Positions 13,301-26,395 of a stretch of DNA of 64,000 nucleotides are shown one piece after another. Position numbers and translations under genes: made by a program. The DNA lies in NCBI RefSeq assembly GCF_030144855.1, contig NC_082711.1:74524001-74588000 (forward strand), given 5' to 3'. The notes below the pieces were generated by a model. The model was not told the DNA's origin and made no database searches. It was given only the letters and a program-made list of their open reading frames with translations. The DNA is from Hypanus sabinus (taxonomy: Eukaryota). Numbering within the stretch: position 1 is the first letter of the stretch; the number at the start of each line of letters is the position of its first letter.

Positions 13301-15539
13301 AAAATGCCAAAGTGTGAAAAGCAGACAAGATAATACACAAAACAAACATTTTTGGACATGACATTTTGCATAAATGCAAATTATTTTATTTAAATCCTAC
13401 AAATGGGAACTTTCATCTTAGATTTATCAAATGATTCTGGCCTTAAAAATATGAGCAAATTTGAGAAATTTGAGGGTTCTTCCTGGCTCATTGATTTTAA
13501 GGCAGCTATCGTTTCTTTTATCATCAGCCTATTTCTACATTATAGCTGTGAGGTGACTTTCAAACCAGAATAGGACCATCTTCCCTTGAATTCATCAGGC
13601 GGGAAGTCCTTTCAGTGTGGAAATTTGCAGTATTATCCAAGGAATCTACATCTGCATCTCTGTAGATAATCAGTCAACATTGCTGGCAATGCTATTACCT
13701 TAAAGCAATTTCTTCCGAAGTGATGCTAAGTTCTTGCATTCTCCGCTGCCTGACCAAAAATGCCACAGGCTAAATTCTCTGGCCAGTATAATGTTCCACT
13801 AACCTACTTAGATTAGGGAGATAGATGTCTGCAAGAAAATTTAATGTAGTTTGTAGTTGCTGGCACAGATAATTTTATGCCAAGGGAGGTTTGGCCTTTA
13901 TAAGTAATAATTAGACAGTGCAGGAAAAATCCTTTATTATTATGAGTAATATGATCTCTGTGATAAATTGATTTCAGTGTTAACATTAAGTAGCCAATGG
14001 CAGATAGAGCAAAAGTAAGAAGCCATGAATATCATTCTATATTTAGTTGGATTTTAAGTCAATCTGGAGATAAAAAATCTGTCCAACATATTTCATCATA
14101 TTCATCACACTGACATTAAAAATTTCGTACTGGAGGATCAATAGCCATTTGCAATTATGCAAATGTACTGTCTTGATTAATAAAATCAGCTACATGACCT
14201 AAGCAAATTGCATTTTCCCTTGTTCACTACAAAGATTAAACAGTGTAAAATGGCACTGAGACAGGACAGATGGTAGAATTTCAAATCCCTTTGAATAACT
14301 CTTAGAGTTATAGTCAGGCAACTTAAAAGATCATTTACTTAGAAATTCTATTGCATCATACTATGTACTTCACTTCTAATCATATGTAAATCAATGCATT
14401 TTTGGAACATAAAGCAAGTATATATATTTTTTAAATTTTATGTGGAATAGTGTTTTTCTGTGAATTTGCCTGGTCATGATCTGTGCTAATTCCAATAATA
14501 CTGTCACTGTATCAGCAATAATATTGTCTGAAACACAGCTAAATTAGTTCTTATAGTTCTGAAGTACACCTGCCTTTGGATGCTCTCAGCCCATTTAGAG
14601 TTTTGTTGCATTGCTTTGTCTAGAACAGTATGTTTATAGGGAATCTTCCAGCAGTGGGAACTCAAATCATGTTGGTTCATTTTAACTTATTTATGTACCT
14701 AGCCCCATCAGCTACTCTAGGTAACAGCCACCCATGACACCTCTGACCCTAAAATGCTCACAGTTTGAGCTCACCTTCTCAACCAACTGGTTTTGAAACT
14801 CAAGCTCAGTTTCATAAATCTGTCCCTGAAATCTGATCACAGAGCCTCAGTTCAGCAACCCTTGTCATTCAATAACATCCATCTATTTTGGGGGTTCATA
14901 TACTCGTCCAATTCCACCTGGGTCACTCAGCCCTCCTACATTATTTGGTCCATTCCATTTGATGTAACCCTGCTGCCACCCTAATCAGTGCCTTGCCAGT
15001 TGCCCCCAACTCACTGACATCTCTTCAAGTTAATGATCACCACACCCACTGCCTGATCAATGAGTAATCAGCCATTGAATTGATACTGCCCTCCATTGGT
15101 GGTCATCGCTTTGATGATGACAGATCTTTGGAATTTGACTTTGCCGTTTCTAATCCTCAACCCTTACCAGTTCTACTCCCACTGGTGTAATTTCCCTGCA
15201 ACTCCAGGACCCAAGTCCAGTTCTGGACAGGTATTCTCCTTTTTACTTTCCAAACAATCGTGGAATATAAGGGGAAGGTCATCCCCTAGTGCAATGCTGG
15301 TTGAGTAGTGGTAGATGCCTTGAGGTGTGGACAACAGTGGATGTTAACTTAGTGGCCTTTTGGCCAAAACTGTTGTTAATATTTTGGATAGCAACAGAAT
15401 TTCTGGAATATTATATTCCTTTAGCATTTTTTTGCTTAGCATGCAATAATAGAATATAAAAGGATTGGAAAGCAATTTCAGAATTTATATATTCAACTTA
15501 TCTTCAGTTGTTAACAGATCATCAGACATTACTTGCTGA

Positions 15540-16696
15540 TCTGAAACTCTGAAAGCCTGTGCCAATCATCCAGCGGAGGTTTTCAAAGACACTTTCAGTC
15601 TCTCATTGCTACACCTGCTTCAAAAAGGTAACAATTATAACCAGTGCCTGAGAAGAATAGGGTGAGCTGCCTTAACAACTATCATCCAGCAGCATTCACA
15701 TCTACGGTGATGAAGTGCTTTGAGAGGTTGGTTATGGCCAGAATCAACTCCTGCCTCAACAAGGAATTGAACCTACTGCAGTTTGCCTATTGCCACAATT
15801 TGTCTACAGGGGACGTGATCTCATTGACTCTGCACGCTGCCTTGGACCACATGGATAATACAAATATTTATGTCACAACGCTTTTTATAGAATACAAATC
15901 AGCACTTAACACCATCATTCTTACAGTTCTGACTGAAAAGCTCCAGAACCTGAGCCTCTGTACCTCCCTCCTCAGCTGGACCCTCCTCGACTTCCTAATC
16001 GGAAGACCACGGTCTGTGCAGACTGGAAATAACATCTCCATCTTGCTGACAATCAGCACTGGTGCGACACTGGGATGCGTGCTCAGCCCATTGCTCGACT
16101 GTCTCTATACCCATGACTATGTAGCTAGGCACAGGTCAAATGCCAACCTTGCTGATGATACAGCCACTATTGGCAATACCTCAGGTGGTGACAAGAAGGT
16201 GTACTGGAGCAAGCTGTACCAGCAAGATGAATGGTGTCACAGAAACAACCTTACACTCAACATCAGTAAGACCAAAGAACTGATTGGGGGCCTCAGAAAG
16301 CATAAGATGAGGGAACATATACAGGTCTTCATAGAGGGGTCAGAAGTGGAGAGAGTGACCAATTTCAAGTTCCTGGGTGTCAATATTTTTGAAGACCTAA
16401 CCTGGACCCAACATATCAATGCAGCCATAATGAAGACAAGACAGTGGCTACATTTCAGAGTTTGAGGAGATCTGATATGTCACCGAAACACTCACAAATT
16501 TCTACAGAGAGCTGTGGAGAGCATTCTAACAGGCTGCATCACCGTCTGGTATGGGGTTGGGTTACTACACAGGATTGAAGTAAGCTCCAGAGAGTTGTAA
16601 AATTAGTCAGTTCCATCATGGATACTATCCAGGATGTTCCCAAGGAGCGGTATCTCAAAAAGGTGGCATCCATCTTTAAGAACCGCCACGACCCAG
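15540..16696 (+). mobile_element. Rex1/Babar-type LINE RT fragment, left part (split by CR1)
   Basis: ORF 15644-16465: [36 protein letters not shown]. Confidence 0.9.
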
Positions 16697-19600
16697 GTGT
16701 CAGGGTCTGGCATGTTTTTGATTGAGTCCACAATATCTTGAAGTGGGAAGGAAAACAGCCAGAGGTCGTGGTACATATTGGTACCAATGACATAGGTAGG
16801 AAAAGGGAGGAGATCCTGAGAACAGACTACAGGGAGTTAGGAAAGAAGTTGAGAAGCAAGAACTCAGAGGTAGTAATCTTGGGATTACTGACTGTGCCAC
16901 ACAACAGTGAGTATAAGAATAGAATGAGGTGGAGGATAAATGCGTGCCTGAGGGATTGGAGCAGGGGGCAGGGATTCAGATTTCTGGATCATTGGGACCT
17001 CATCTGGGGCAGGTGTGACCTGTACAAAAAGGACGGGTTGTACTTGAATCCAAGGGGAATCAATATCCTGGTGGGAAGGTTTGCTAAGGCTATTGGGGAG
17101 AGTTTAAACTAGAATTGCCGGAAGGTGGGAACCGAACTGAAGTGACAGAGGAAAGGGAGGTTGGCTCACAAATAGAGAAAGCTTGGAGACAATGCGAAAG
17201 GAAGGATAGACAGGTGATAGAGAAAAGGCGCACTCAGTCCGATGGTTTGAGATGTGTCTATTTTAATGCGAGAAGTATTATGAACAAAGCAGATGAACTT
17301 AGAGCGTGGATCAGCACTTGGAGGTATGATATTGTGGCCATTACAGAGACTTGGATGGTGCAGGGGCAGGAATGGCTTCTTCAAGTGCCAGGCTTTAGAT
17401 GTTTCAGAAAGGACAGGGAGGGAAGCAAAAGAGGTGGGGGCATAGCACTGTTAATCAGAGATAGTGTCACAGCTGCAGAAAAGGAGGAAGTCATGGAGGG
17501 GTTGTCTATGGAGTCTTTGTGGGTGGAAGTTAGGAATAGGAAGGGGTCAATAACTCTACTGGGTGTTTTTTATAGACCATCCAATAGTATCAGGGACATT
17601 GAGGAGCAGATAGGCAGACAGATTCTGGAAAGAAGTAATAATAACATGATTGTTGTGGTGGGGGATTTCAATTTCCCAAATACTGATTAGCATCTCACTA
17701 AAGTGAGGGATTTAGGTGGGGTAGAGTTTGTTAGGTGAGTTCGGGAAGGTTTCTTGACACAATGTGTAGATAAGCCTACAAGAGGAGTGGTTGTACTTGA
17801 GCTGGTATTGGGAAATGAACCTGGTCAGGTGTCAGGTCTCTCAGTGGGAGAGCATTTTGGAGATAGTGATCATAATTCTATCTCCTTTACCGTAGTGTTG
17901 GAGAGGGAAAGGAACAGACAAGTTAGGGAAACATTTATTTGGAGTAAGGGGAAATATGAGGCTATCATGCAGGAACTTGGAAGCATAAATTGGAAACAGA
18001 TGTTCTCAGGGAAATGTACAGAAGAAATGTGGCAAACATTCAGGGGATATTTGCATGAGGTTCTGAGTAAGTATGTTCCAATGAGACTTTGAAAGGATGG
18101 TAGGGTACAAGATCCAGCTGTTGCAAATCTAGTCAAGAAGAAAAGAAGAGCTTTCGACAGGTTCAAAAAACTAGGTGACGATAGGAATCTAGAAGATTAT
18201 AAGGCTAGCAGGAAGGAACTTAAGAATGAAATTAGGAGAGCCAGAAGGGGCCATGAGAAGGCATTGGTGGACAGGATTAAGGAAAACCCCAAGGCATTCT
18301 ACAAGTATATGAAGAGCAAGAGGATAAGATGTGAGAAATTAGGACCAATTAAGTGTAACAGTGGAAAAGTGTGTATGGAACTGGAGGAATTAGGGGAGGA
18401 ACTTAATGAATACTTTTCTGCAGTATTCACTATGGAAAAGAGTCTTGCTGATTGTAAGGATGACTTGAAGTGGACTGAAAAGCTTGAAAATGTTGATATT
18501 AAGGAAGAAGGTGTGCTGGAACTTTTGGAAAGCATCAAGTTGGATAAGTCACTGGGACTGGATGGGATGTGACCCAAGCTATTGTGGGAGGCGAGGGAGG
18601 AGATTTCTGAGCCTCTGGCAATGATCTTCGCATCATCATAGAGAACATGAGAGGTTCCAGAGGATTGGAAGGTTCCAGATATTGTTCCCTTATTCAAGAA
18701 AGTGAGTAGGAATAGCCCAGGAAATTGTAGGCCAGTGAGTTTTACTTTAGTGGTTGGTAAGTTGATGGAGTAGATCCTCAGCAGCAGGATTTATGAACAT
18801 TTGGAGAGGCATAATATGATTAGGAATAGTCAGCATGGCTTTGTCAAAGGCAGCTCGTGCCTTACGAACCTGATTGAATTTGTTGAGGATGTGACTGAGC
18901 ACATTGGTGAAGATAAAGCCTTAGATGTAGTGCATATGGATTTTAACAAGGCATTTGATAAGGTACCCATACAAGGCTTATTGATAAAGTAAGGAGGCAT
19001 GGGATCCAAGGGGACATTGCTTTGTGGATCCAGAACTGGCTTGTTCACAGAAAGCAAAGAGTGGTTGTAGATGGGGCATATTCTGCATCAGGACATACAA
19101 AACGGCTGGATGAACTCAGCAGGTCGGCCAGCATCCATTGAAAGGAGCAGTCAATGTTTCGGGCTGAGATCCTTCGTCAGGACCCTTTGTCAGGGTCGAG
19201 ATGTAATGTTACAACTTTGTAGCACCCTGGTCTGATCCCACTTGGAGTAATGTGCTCAGTTCTGGTCGCCTCACTACAGGAAGGACCATAGAAAGGGTGC
19301 AGAGGAGATTCACAAGGATGTTGCCTAGATTGGGGAGCATAACTTATGAGAATAGGTTGAGTGAACTCGGCGTTTTCTCCTTGGAGCAACGGAGGATGAG
19401 ACGTGACCTGATAGAGGTGTACAAGATGGTGAGAGGCATTGATTGTGTGGATAATCAGAGGCCTTTTTCCAGGGCCGAAATGGCTAGCATGAGTGGGCAC
19501 AGTTAAAGGTGCTTGGGAGTAGGTACGGAGGAGATGTCAGGGGTAAGGTTTTTACACAGAGAGCGTTGAGTGTGTGGAATGGTCTGCCGGCAGTGGTGGT

Positions 19601-19769
19601 GGGGGTAGAAACGATAGGGTATTTTAAGAGACTCCTGGATGGATTCATGGAGCTTAGAAAAATAAAAGGCTTGGGGTAAAGCCTAGTTATCTGGCAGGTA
19701 GGGACATATTCGGCACAACTTTGTGGGCTGAAGAGTCTGTATTATGCTGTATGTTTTCTATGTTTCTAT
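16697..19769 (+). mobile_element. CR1 LINE, 5'-truncated in ORF1: SGNH esterase ORF1 plus APE endonuclease/RT ORF2, pseudogenised
   Basis: ORF1 VVVHIGTNDIG (16738-17112); APE FNARSIMNK, AITETW, VGDFNFP, SDHN; RT QHGFVKGSSCLTNL, DFNKAFDKVP; ttttctatgtttctat tail; 7-bp TSD gacccag at 16690-16696 and 19770-19776. Confidence 0.95.
19089..19194 (-). repeat. Penelope pseudo-LTR fragment with hammerhead motif, inserted in CR1
   Basis: Minus strand gtc-CTGACGA-aggatctcagccc-GAAAC-attgactg (19148-19183) followed by gatgctggccgacctgctgagttc. Confidence 0.8.
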
Positions 19770-19835
19770 GACCCAGATCATGCCCTCTCCTCATTGCTAC
19801 CAGCAGCGAGGAGGTATAGAAGCCTGAAGTCACAA
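19770..19835 (+). mobile_element. Rex1/Babar LINE, continuation after the CR1 insertion
   Basis: catgccctctcctcattgctaccagcagcgaggaggtatagaagcctgaag matches the Rex 3' region seen on the minus strand at ~48150-48190. Confidence 0.8.
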
Positions 19836-20749
19836 AGTCACAAGCACATATATATAAAAGAAACTGTGAATTACATTGTATATAAGTATTACTATATATA
19901 ATTAAGATATTTAATTACATTAAGTATCTTGCATTTTACCTATTTCAGAAAAAATAGGTATCAACTTAGGGTCTAATAAAATTCCTGAAGTATGAGTATT
20001 GCCAGCTTCTCTTTATTGTGTGGATAGCTCTGGTGCCCAATTCCCCCGTTATGTGAACAGATACTTGAATAATATTATTGTGCGTTTTCACTCCCACAAA
20101 GCCTTATGCATCTTTAAGGGTAGATTGCAGTTCTGAAACATTGCCAGTATCTGATTACACAGTCCCTGATTTCTGTGGAGCGGATATGTGCCTAACTTAT
20201 ACATCTGCATTTTTTTTTGTCTTTTGACCCTTTGCAAATTACACAAAGTATGGGATTCTGATCTGCCCTTCTGGGGGTAATCAAGGGTAATGCTCAAGTA
20301 ATCTGATATGTAATGGAACACTTTCCATTACTTAACAAGTCTGAGAAAATCTTAGGAACAAATATATGTGCCTGGTTGTTACTTAGCAATACTATTCAGC
20401 GTGATTCTGGAATGTGAAATCATTTGCTGTTCCATAGGTATTTTCAATCATTTAGTGCTTATTATTGAAAATGACTTGAAGATTTTCTGAAGCATGATAC
20501 TGAGCAGAAAAAAATAATTATCCATTATTATTTGAATCACATTTATGTTGGTACTCTTATTAAAACAAAGATTTTGTAGCTTTATATTTGTATTTCTGGT
20601 TCAGTCCAATTCAGGTCATCACTTACTTAGCTATCATTTGTGGAGTATCCAACCGCAGTCATCAAACTATGACAGAAATAGTTAATAGTCTCACTTCATA
20701 CATAACCTTTTATGCTCAGGAACTCATGGCTAATCACTCTTGAATGTGG

Positions 20750-21020
20750 GGATTCAGTCACAAAAATGCACAACAATGAGGCAGATGTGTGTGATCAAGT
20801 TTAGTGCTGATGTTTGAAGGATAAAATTGGACAGAACCCCTGGAGATCACTTCAGATTTCAAAAATAACCTTTCAAATGTTCCTCACTAAGCAGATATGG
20901 CACTTACTTAACATCTGACCTGAAAGGGGTTCATAATCTGTGTGTTATTTCAGTGACAGCCTATTCACACAAGACTTTGGGAGTAGGATTTAACACATCA
21001 GTTTACTTACTTACCTCATC
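20750..21020 (-). mobile_element. Possible DeuSINE (SacSINE1/AmnSINE-like) remnant
   Basis: tgaaggataaaattggacagaacccctggagatcac...ttaacatctgacctgaaag resembles the reverse Deu domain (recall-based). Confidence 0.45.
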
Positions 21021-22419
21021 CCACTAAATCAAGACCGGCTCACATTATCCGAATACTAAAATAAAATGAAGGAAAGAAAAGGTATTATCTTGATCATACA
21101 ACTCAATCCTGGACATCATCAGAATAATGACTTTACTTGATAAACTTCTGATTGATTTGTGTGGGTTCCTCAGAGAATTATGGTACTACATCAGATATTG
21201 TCAAGGAAGATTCCTTTATTTTGTGATTTTTATTTACTGAAGGCAGCCAATTGACCAGGTGTACTCAAGCACAATTACTGACAAAATGTAAGTGCATGGT
21301 AGAATGGAGAATGGAGTTCTTCAGCAGTATTACAGCATAGAGCTTCAGCCCAATGTGCCATGTTAACCAACATAAGACAATCTAAGATGTTTGGTTCATG
21401 ACACTCTAAAACTTTCCTGTCCAGGCATCTTTTAAATGTTGTTATTGTACATTTTTGTGTTGGAATGGTCTCAGTGAATATGATGGTGTGGCTTTATTTG
21501 AATGTGGGAGGGTGAAGTATTCCAGTGCCGTTTGCTAGTCCTTAGCCTGAGGAATATTAGCTGACAGGGACATTGGAAAAGATTTATGTGTGTAGAATTA
21601 TACATGTGGATGGTTTGTCCCTCATATGGTATAGTGTGAGAGGCATTCAAGGCAGTGAACTGAGGTGAGGCCAGAATGAACAGAGAGTAAAAATCAGCCC
21701 CATTTTTCATACTTACTCAGTAATACTTAACTTTTTAAATAGTATAATAAATAATACAAGTATTGTTTAATGTTGCCTCTTGATTCATTCTCTGGCTCTT
21801 CATGGCATTAGAATTATCTTCAGTAAAATATTTTTCTATTATTGTCAGTTATGAAAGGTAATTTTCCATGACAAATTCAAAATAATTCAACATAAATGAA
21901 TGATAAAAGTGGCTTTATGATACAGTGCATCAATAACCTTCACATGCACCGATGTAGCCTGGATTTCTCTCATTGATAAAAATGGTTTTCAACATGCTCC
22001 CTTTGCCATTGGTGTTGTCAAGTTTCATTTTAAAGTGACTTATTAATGAAGATTTTGTTTCAGAATTGATAGTATCAATTATGTTGATTGGATCTATCGC
22101 TACCTAATCGATGCTTGTGGATGTGTGTAAGGCTGACAGCGGAGATTGTGAACCAGAGATGCAACTGTAGGGCCACAAAATCCTTCTTATTAACATAAAT
22201 GTGGCTCTGTTATGGTAGAATGTCCTAATGTGGGCATAGAAGCATTTTCAAATCAGTGTTGAGAAAATGGAGCAGATGACCAAAAGCTTGATATAGAGTT
22301 AAATCTTGAGGCACATGTTAAATGCTACAGTTTTAAAGAATTTAAAAAATATGTAGGAAACAAGGTGCACACAGAAGCTGCTGGAAGTATTAATTAATAT
22401 GAGTAAGCCTATTCATTTT

Positions 22420-22790
22420 TACTTGCAACTTTTGATTTATAAAGAGTGGCATAAATTACAAAGGCAAATGGGATATAGAGTATTTTTCTATACCACTTGT
22501 TAGGACTCCTGTAAAATATTTTGCCTAATGTTAGACACAGCTCAGTAGAAGAATAGTAAAGTATAAAAGGGATAGCAGAAATCTACCAAAATTATATCAG
22601 AGTTGGGGGACTTAAAACTGTGGGGGAAAAAAATTAGAGCCTAGCTGTCATTACAGCAGAAAAAGTTAAAGTAAGCTCAATACAGACAATCAATACTTCA
22701 GGGTATTTTCTGATGTGTGTAAAAGGAAAATCTTTCTCCAGGGAGAAGGATCAGTCACAAGAAGTATACAGTATAATAATCCATTTCCCA
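22420..22790 (+). mobile_element. Highly degenerate CR1 fragment
   Basis: Weak similarity to the CR1 ORF2 C-terminal region. Confidence 0.4.
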
Positions 22791-22819
22791 TTGTTCAGCC
22801 TCTGAAAATGAACATCAAG

Positions 22820-22930
22820 AAAACTGATGATGCTGGAAACCTGAAATGAAAATCTAAAATGCAGGAAAACCACAGAAAGAGAAGTTGATGTCCCTTATCT
22901 GAGACTCTTTGTCAGAACTGGGAAAGAGGA
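22820..22930 (-). repeat. Old Penelope pseudo-LTR fragment
   Basis: gatgctggaaacctgaaatgaaa...gttgatgtc...gagactctttgtcagaactgg. Confidence 0.55.
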
Positions 22931-23094
22931 AAGGCAAGTTAGCTTTCAGTTACAGAATGTGGTTGGAAATTATGCTTCCCTCTGTGTTATGTATTGCTGG
23001 CCAGTTTATACTAAGCTAGAGAAAAAAAAGACTGAGAATAAAATTACAGGCGGATAACTGAAGGTCCCATCTTTTGACCAAACAATCAACCAAT

Positions 23095-24005
23095 ATTACA
23101 TAATGAAGGACCTAGATAGAGTGGATATTTCCATTTGTGGGAGAGTCTAGGAACAGAGGGCACAGTTTCAGAGTAGAAATATCTCCATTTAGAATAGAGA
23201 TGAGGAGGAATGTTAGCATTCATTTCAAAAGGACTAAAATAAAAAATACAAGAATGTAATGCTGAGGCTTTGGTGAGATTGAATTTGAAGAATTTCTAAA
23301 CAATTTTGGGCCCTGTATCTAAAGAAAGATGTGCTTGAATGATCCTGGGAATGAAAGGGATAACATACAATTTAAGGGGCATTTGATGGTTCTGGGATTA
23401 AACCCACCACCAGAAAATTTAAACACAAGGAAATCTGCTGATTGCAAAAATTCAAGCAACACACACAAAATGCTGGTGGAATGCAGCAGGCCAGGCAGCA
23501 TCTATAGGGAGAAGCACAGCTGATGTTTCATGCCGAGACCCTGGGTGTCGGCATGAAACGTCAACAGTGCTTCTTCCTATAGATGCTGCCTGGCCTGCTG
23601 TATTCCACCAGCATTTTTGTGTGTGTTACCAGAAAATTTAGATGGGTGTGATTTCATTGAAACATACTGTGTATTGAAAAGCCTGTATAAAGTGATATGG
23701 AGAAGATATTTTTAATAGTGAGAGAGTCTAGGACCAGAGGGTACAGCCTCAGAACAGAAAGATGTTCCTTTAGAACAGAGATGAGGAGGATTTTCTTTAT
23801 CCAAAAGATGACAAATCTGTGGAAATCTTTGCTACTGAGGCTGCGGAGCCCAAGTCAATGGATTCTTGATAAGTAAGGGCATCAACACCTATGGGAAGAA
23901 AGCAAGAGAATGGGGTTGAGAGGGAAAGTAGATCAGCCATAATCGAATGGCAGAGCAGACTCAATAGGCCAAATGGCTTAATACTGCTCCTATGTCTTAT
24001 GGTCT
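23095..24005 (+). mobile_element. CR1 3' fragments (a second CR1 family) with a duplicated segment, interrupted by a hairpin element
   Basis: gagagtctagga.cagaggg.acag...tttagaa.agagatgaggagga occurs at ~23140 and ~23720; tail ctcctatgtcttatggtct. Confidence 0.75.
23422..23627. mobile_element. Fold-back Penelope-derived hairpin insertion with 13-bp TSD
   Basis: Inverted arms ~23458-23541 and 23543-23627; TSD accagaaaattta at 23409-23421 and 23628-23640. Confidence 0.9.
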
Positions 24006-24759
24006 AATTTACGATTGCACCATCTCAGATTTTTGTGAAAGGTCTAATGGCTTTGCTCCCTGAAGAACAGAAAAGTTGCCAGTGGTATCAAGACTATTAT
24101 ATATCCCTCAACTAAGATCTAGAGCAGATAATCCTGATAACTCAAAGCAATTTACAATAAATGAATTATTTTTGAAGGCAATGACAAAATGTATACATAA
24201 CAAGACTAAACACATTTCAAAATGGTAATGAGTAAATAATTTGTTTGAAAGTCCTTCATCAACCATCTTAATAAAGGCATTCTAGTTCAGCAACTTCAAC
24301 ATAACAGACAGGCTGAAGGTCATGGGCTACAGTGATAAAATGGAAATTCCTGTGCTTGTGGCCTATGGGATATGGAAGGTGAAAGAAGACAGAAGAGTAG
24401 GAGTTCAAATAATTCATGAATAGCACAACTGGAGAAAGTTAATTGATAGGAATGGTTGTGGTCATGGAGGAAACTGAGAATTAGGATGAGATTTTATATT
24501 TGTGGCATATTGAAACTAATAATTGATATTAGTGAGTAGAATAGGTAAATATAGTGTACTTTTGAATATGGGCAATGCATGAATCTAAGTTCATGAAGAT
24601 TGCAATATGGGATATTAACTGGGAACCACTGGAATTGTTTTTAATCTCTCTTTTCTTGTCATTCATCTTCTATTTTCTTCTCCTTTAGAGAGATCAGTGG
24701 TAAATAATGGAATCCTTCAGAATCTATTTTTGAAGTGCATTTATTACATTTGTGAACAG

Positions 24760-25100
24760 GGGACAACAGATGATCCTTCCGCCTTGCAACTTCATAGACC
24801 TGAGTTTGACTCTGATTTTATATATGGTCCATATGGAGTTTGTACATTCTCTCTGTGTCTATATGAGTCTTCTCAGGGTGTGTCAGTTTCTTCCTATACC
24901 CTAAATATGTGCTGAATTGTAGGTTAGTCAGACACTGTAAATTGTCTCCTTTGCAAATGAGTGGTAGAAAAATTAGGTTGGAAATGATGGGTATAAGAAA
25001 AAGGTAACAGTGGGGGAATAGAATTAATGGGATTGCATGACAGCTAGCCTATCCCCAATGGGCTGAATGACCTTCTGTGTTGTGAGGAAATACGAGAATA
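24760..25100 (+). mobile_element. Degenerate V-SINE
   Basis: atggagtttgtacattctctctgtgtct...gtttcttcctataccctaaa...cactgtaaattgtc. Confidence 0.65.
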
Positions 25101-25559
25101 ACATATAATTAAAGGGATTTGCTGCCTTCTTTCAGAAAAGTACTATTTGTCTTGCTTGCTGCGTTCCTCCAGCATTGTGTGTGCATAAATGTTGGTCATG
25201 ATTTCTAGCACATGTGGAACTTCTTGTTTATGACTTATCAAATTCACTTTCTCTTGATTTACATCCTTTGGTACATCTATCCTTTTTCTTTCTATCCCTT
25301 TGATGTTGAGACAGCTAGCTGATCTGAATATTTCCTATATTCCTCTGTTTCCTTTGTGGTATTTTGATTTTTCCTCTCACTAGCAATGTGGCTTTTTTAA
25401 TACTACACAATAATATGCAAATATTCTTTGCAAATGTCAAATTCAGGAACATGAAGATATGTTTTGTTCCTTTATGGTTCTGATTTATATTTATTGCTGT
25501 TTATATTTGATTATATCTGTTTGCATAGGCATGTAAGAGTTTCAGAGAAAGTAGTGAGT

Positions 25560-26395
25560 CATATTGTGGGTAACATTATTTCAGGAGCCACCTTGGCTGA
25601 TGAATGACACATGGCTTTTATTCCAGATAATGTGAGGTATAGCACTTTGGGAGATTGAACCAGAGTACGACTTGGACAATGTATGGTATGGCCCTCGGAA
25701 GTGTTCTGGAACTGAGGGATCTAGGAATGCACTGGAAGTGGCCTCTCAGGTAGATAGGGTGCTGAGGATGGTGAGCCTTCATTGGTTGGGTATTGAGTAT
25801 AAGATTTGGGAACTTACAGTATGTGCAGTAATATAAGATGCTTGTGAGGCTTCAGTTGGAGTATTGTGTACAACTTTGGTCACCCTGTTACAGAAAAGAT
25901 GTTAGTGAACTAAAAGGAGTGCAGAAAAGATTTACCAAGACTTGAGAGGCTGCGTTACACAAAGATATTGTGGAGTCTAGGACTTTATCCCTGGATTGTG
26001 GTATATTAAGGGATGACCTGACAGAGGTACAGTATATAGGATCATAAGGAGTATAGATAGGGTGAAAACACATTGTCTTTTTCCCAGAGAGGAGGTATTG
26101 AAATAAAGAGAGCTTATGTTTAAGGTAAGAGATGAGAGATTTAAAAGGGACATTAGAAACAGCTTCTTCATACAAAGGATATATGTATTTGGAATGAACT
26201 ACTAGAAATAGTGGTTAAGGCAGGTACATGAGAAATTTAAAAGCCATCTTTACAAAGCTATCAAAATGCATGGATGGATAAGGTGTAGAGGGCTATGGGC
26301 CAAATACAGATAGATGGGATTAGCTCCCTTGGCAACAAATGGATGACTTAGATCAAAGAGCCTTTTTTCAGGTCATAAGACTCTATGATTCTGTG
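25560..26395 (+). mobile_element. CR1 LINE 3' fragment
   Basis: ttggagtattgtgtacaactttggtcacc (LEYCVQ.WSP), gacctgacagaggtac, tail gactctatgattct. Confidence 0.85.

Noticed and set aside
15644-16465. 273-aa ORF as a functional or domesticated RT gene
   Set aside because: Truncated, conserved RT motifs degraded, and the element is split by a CR1
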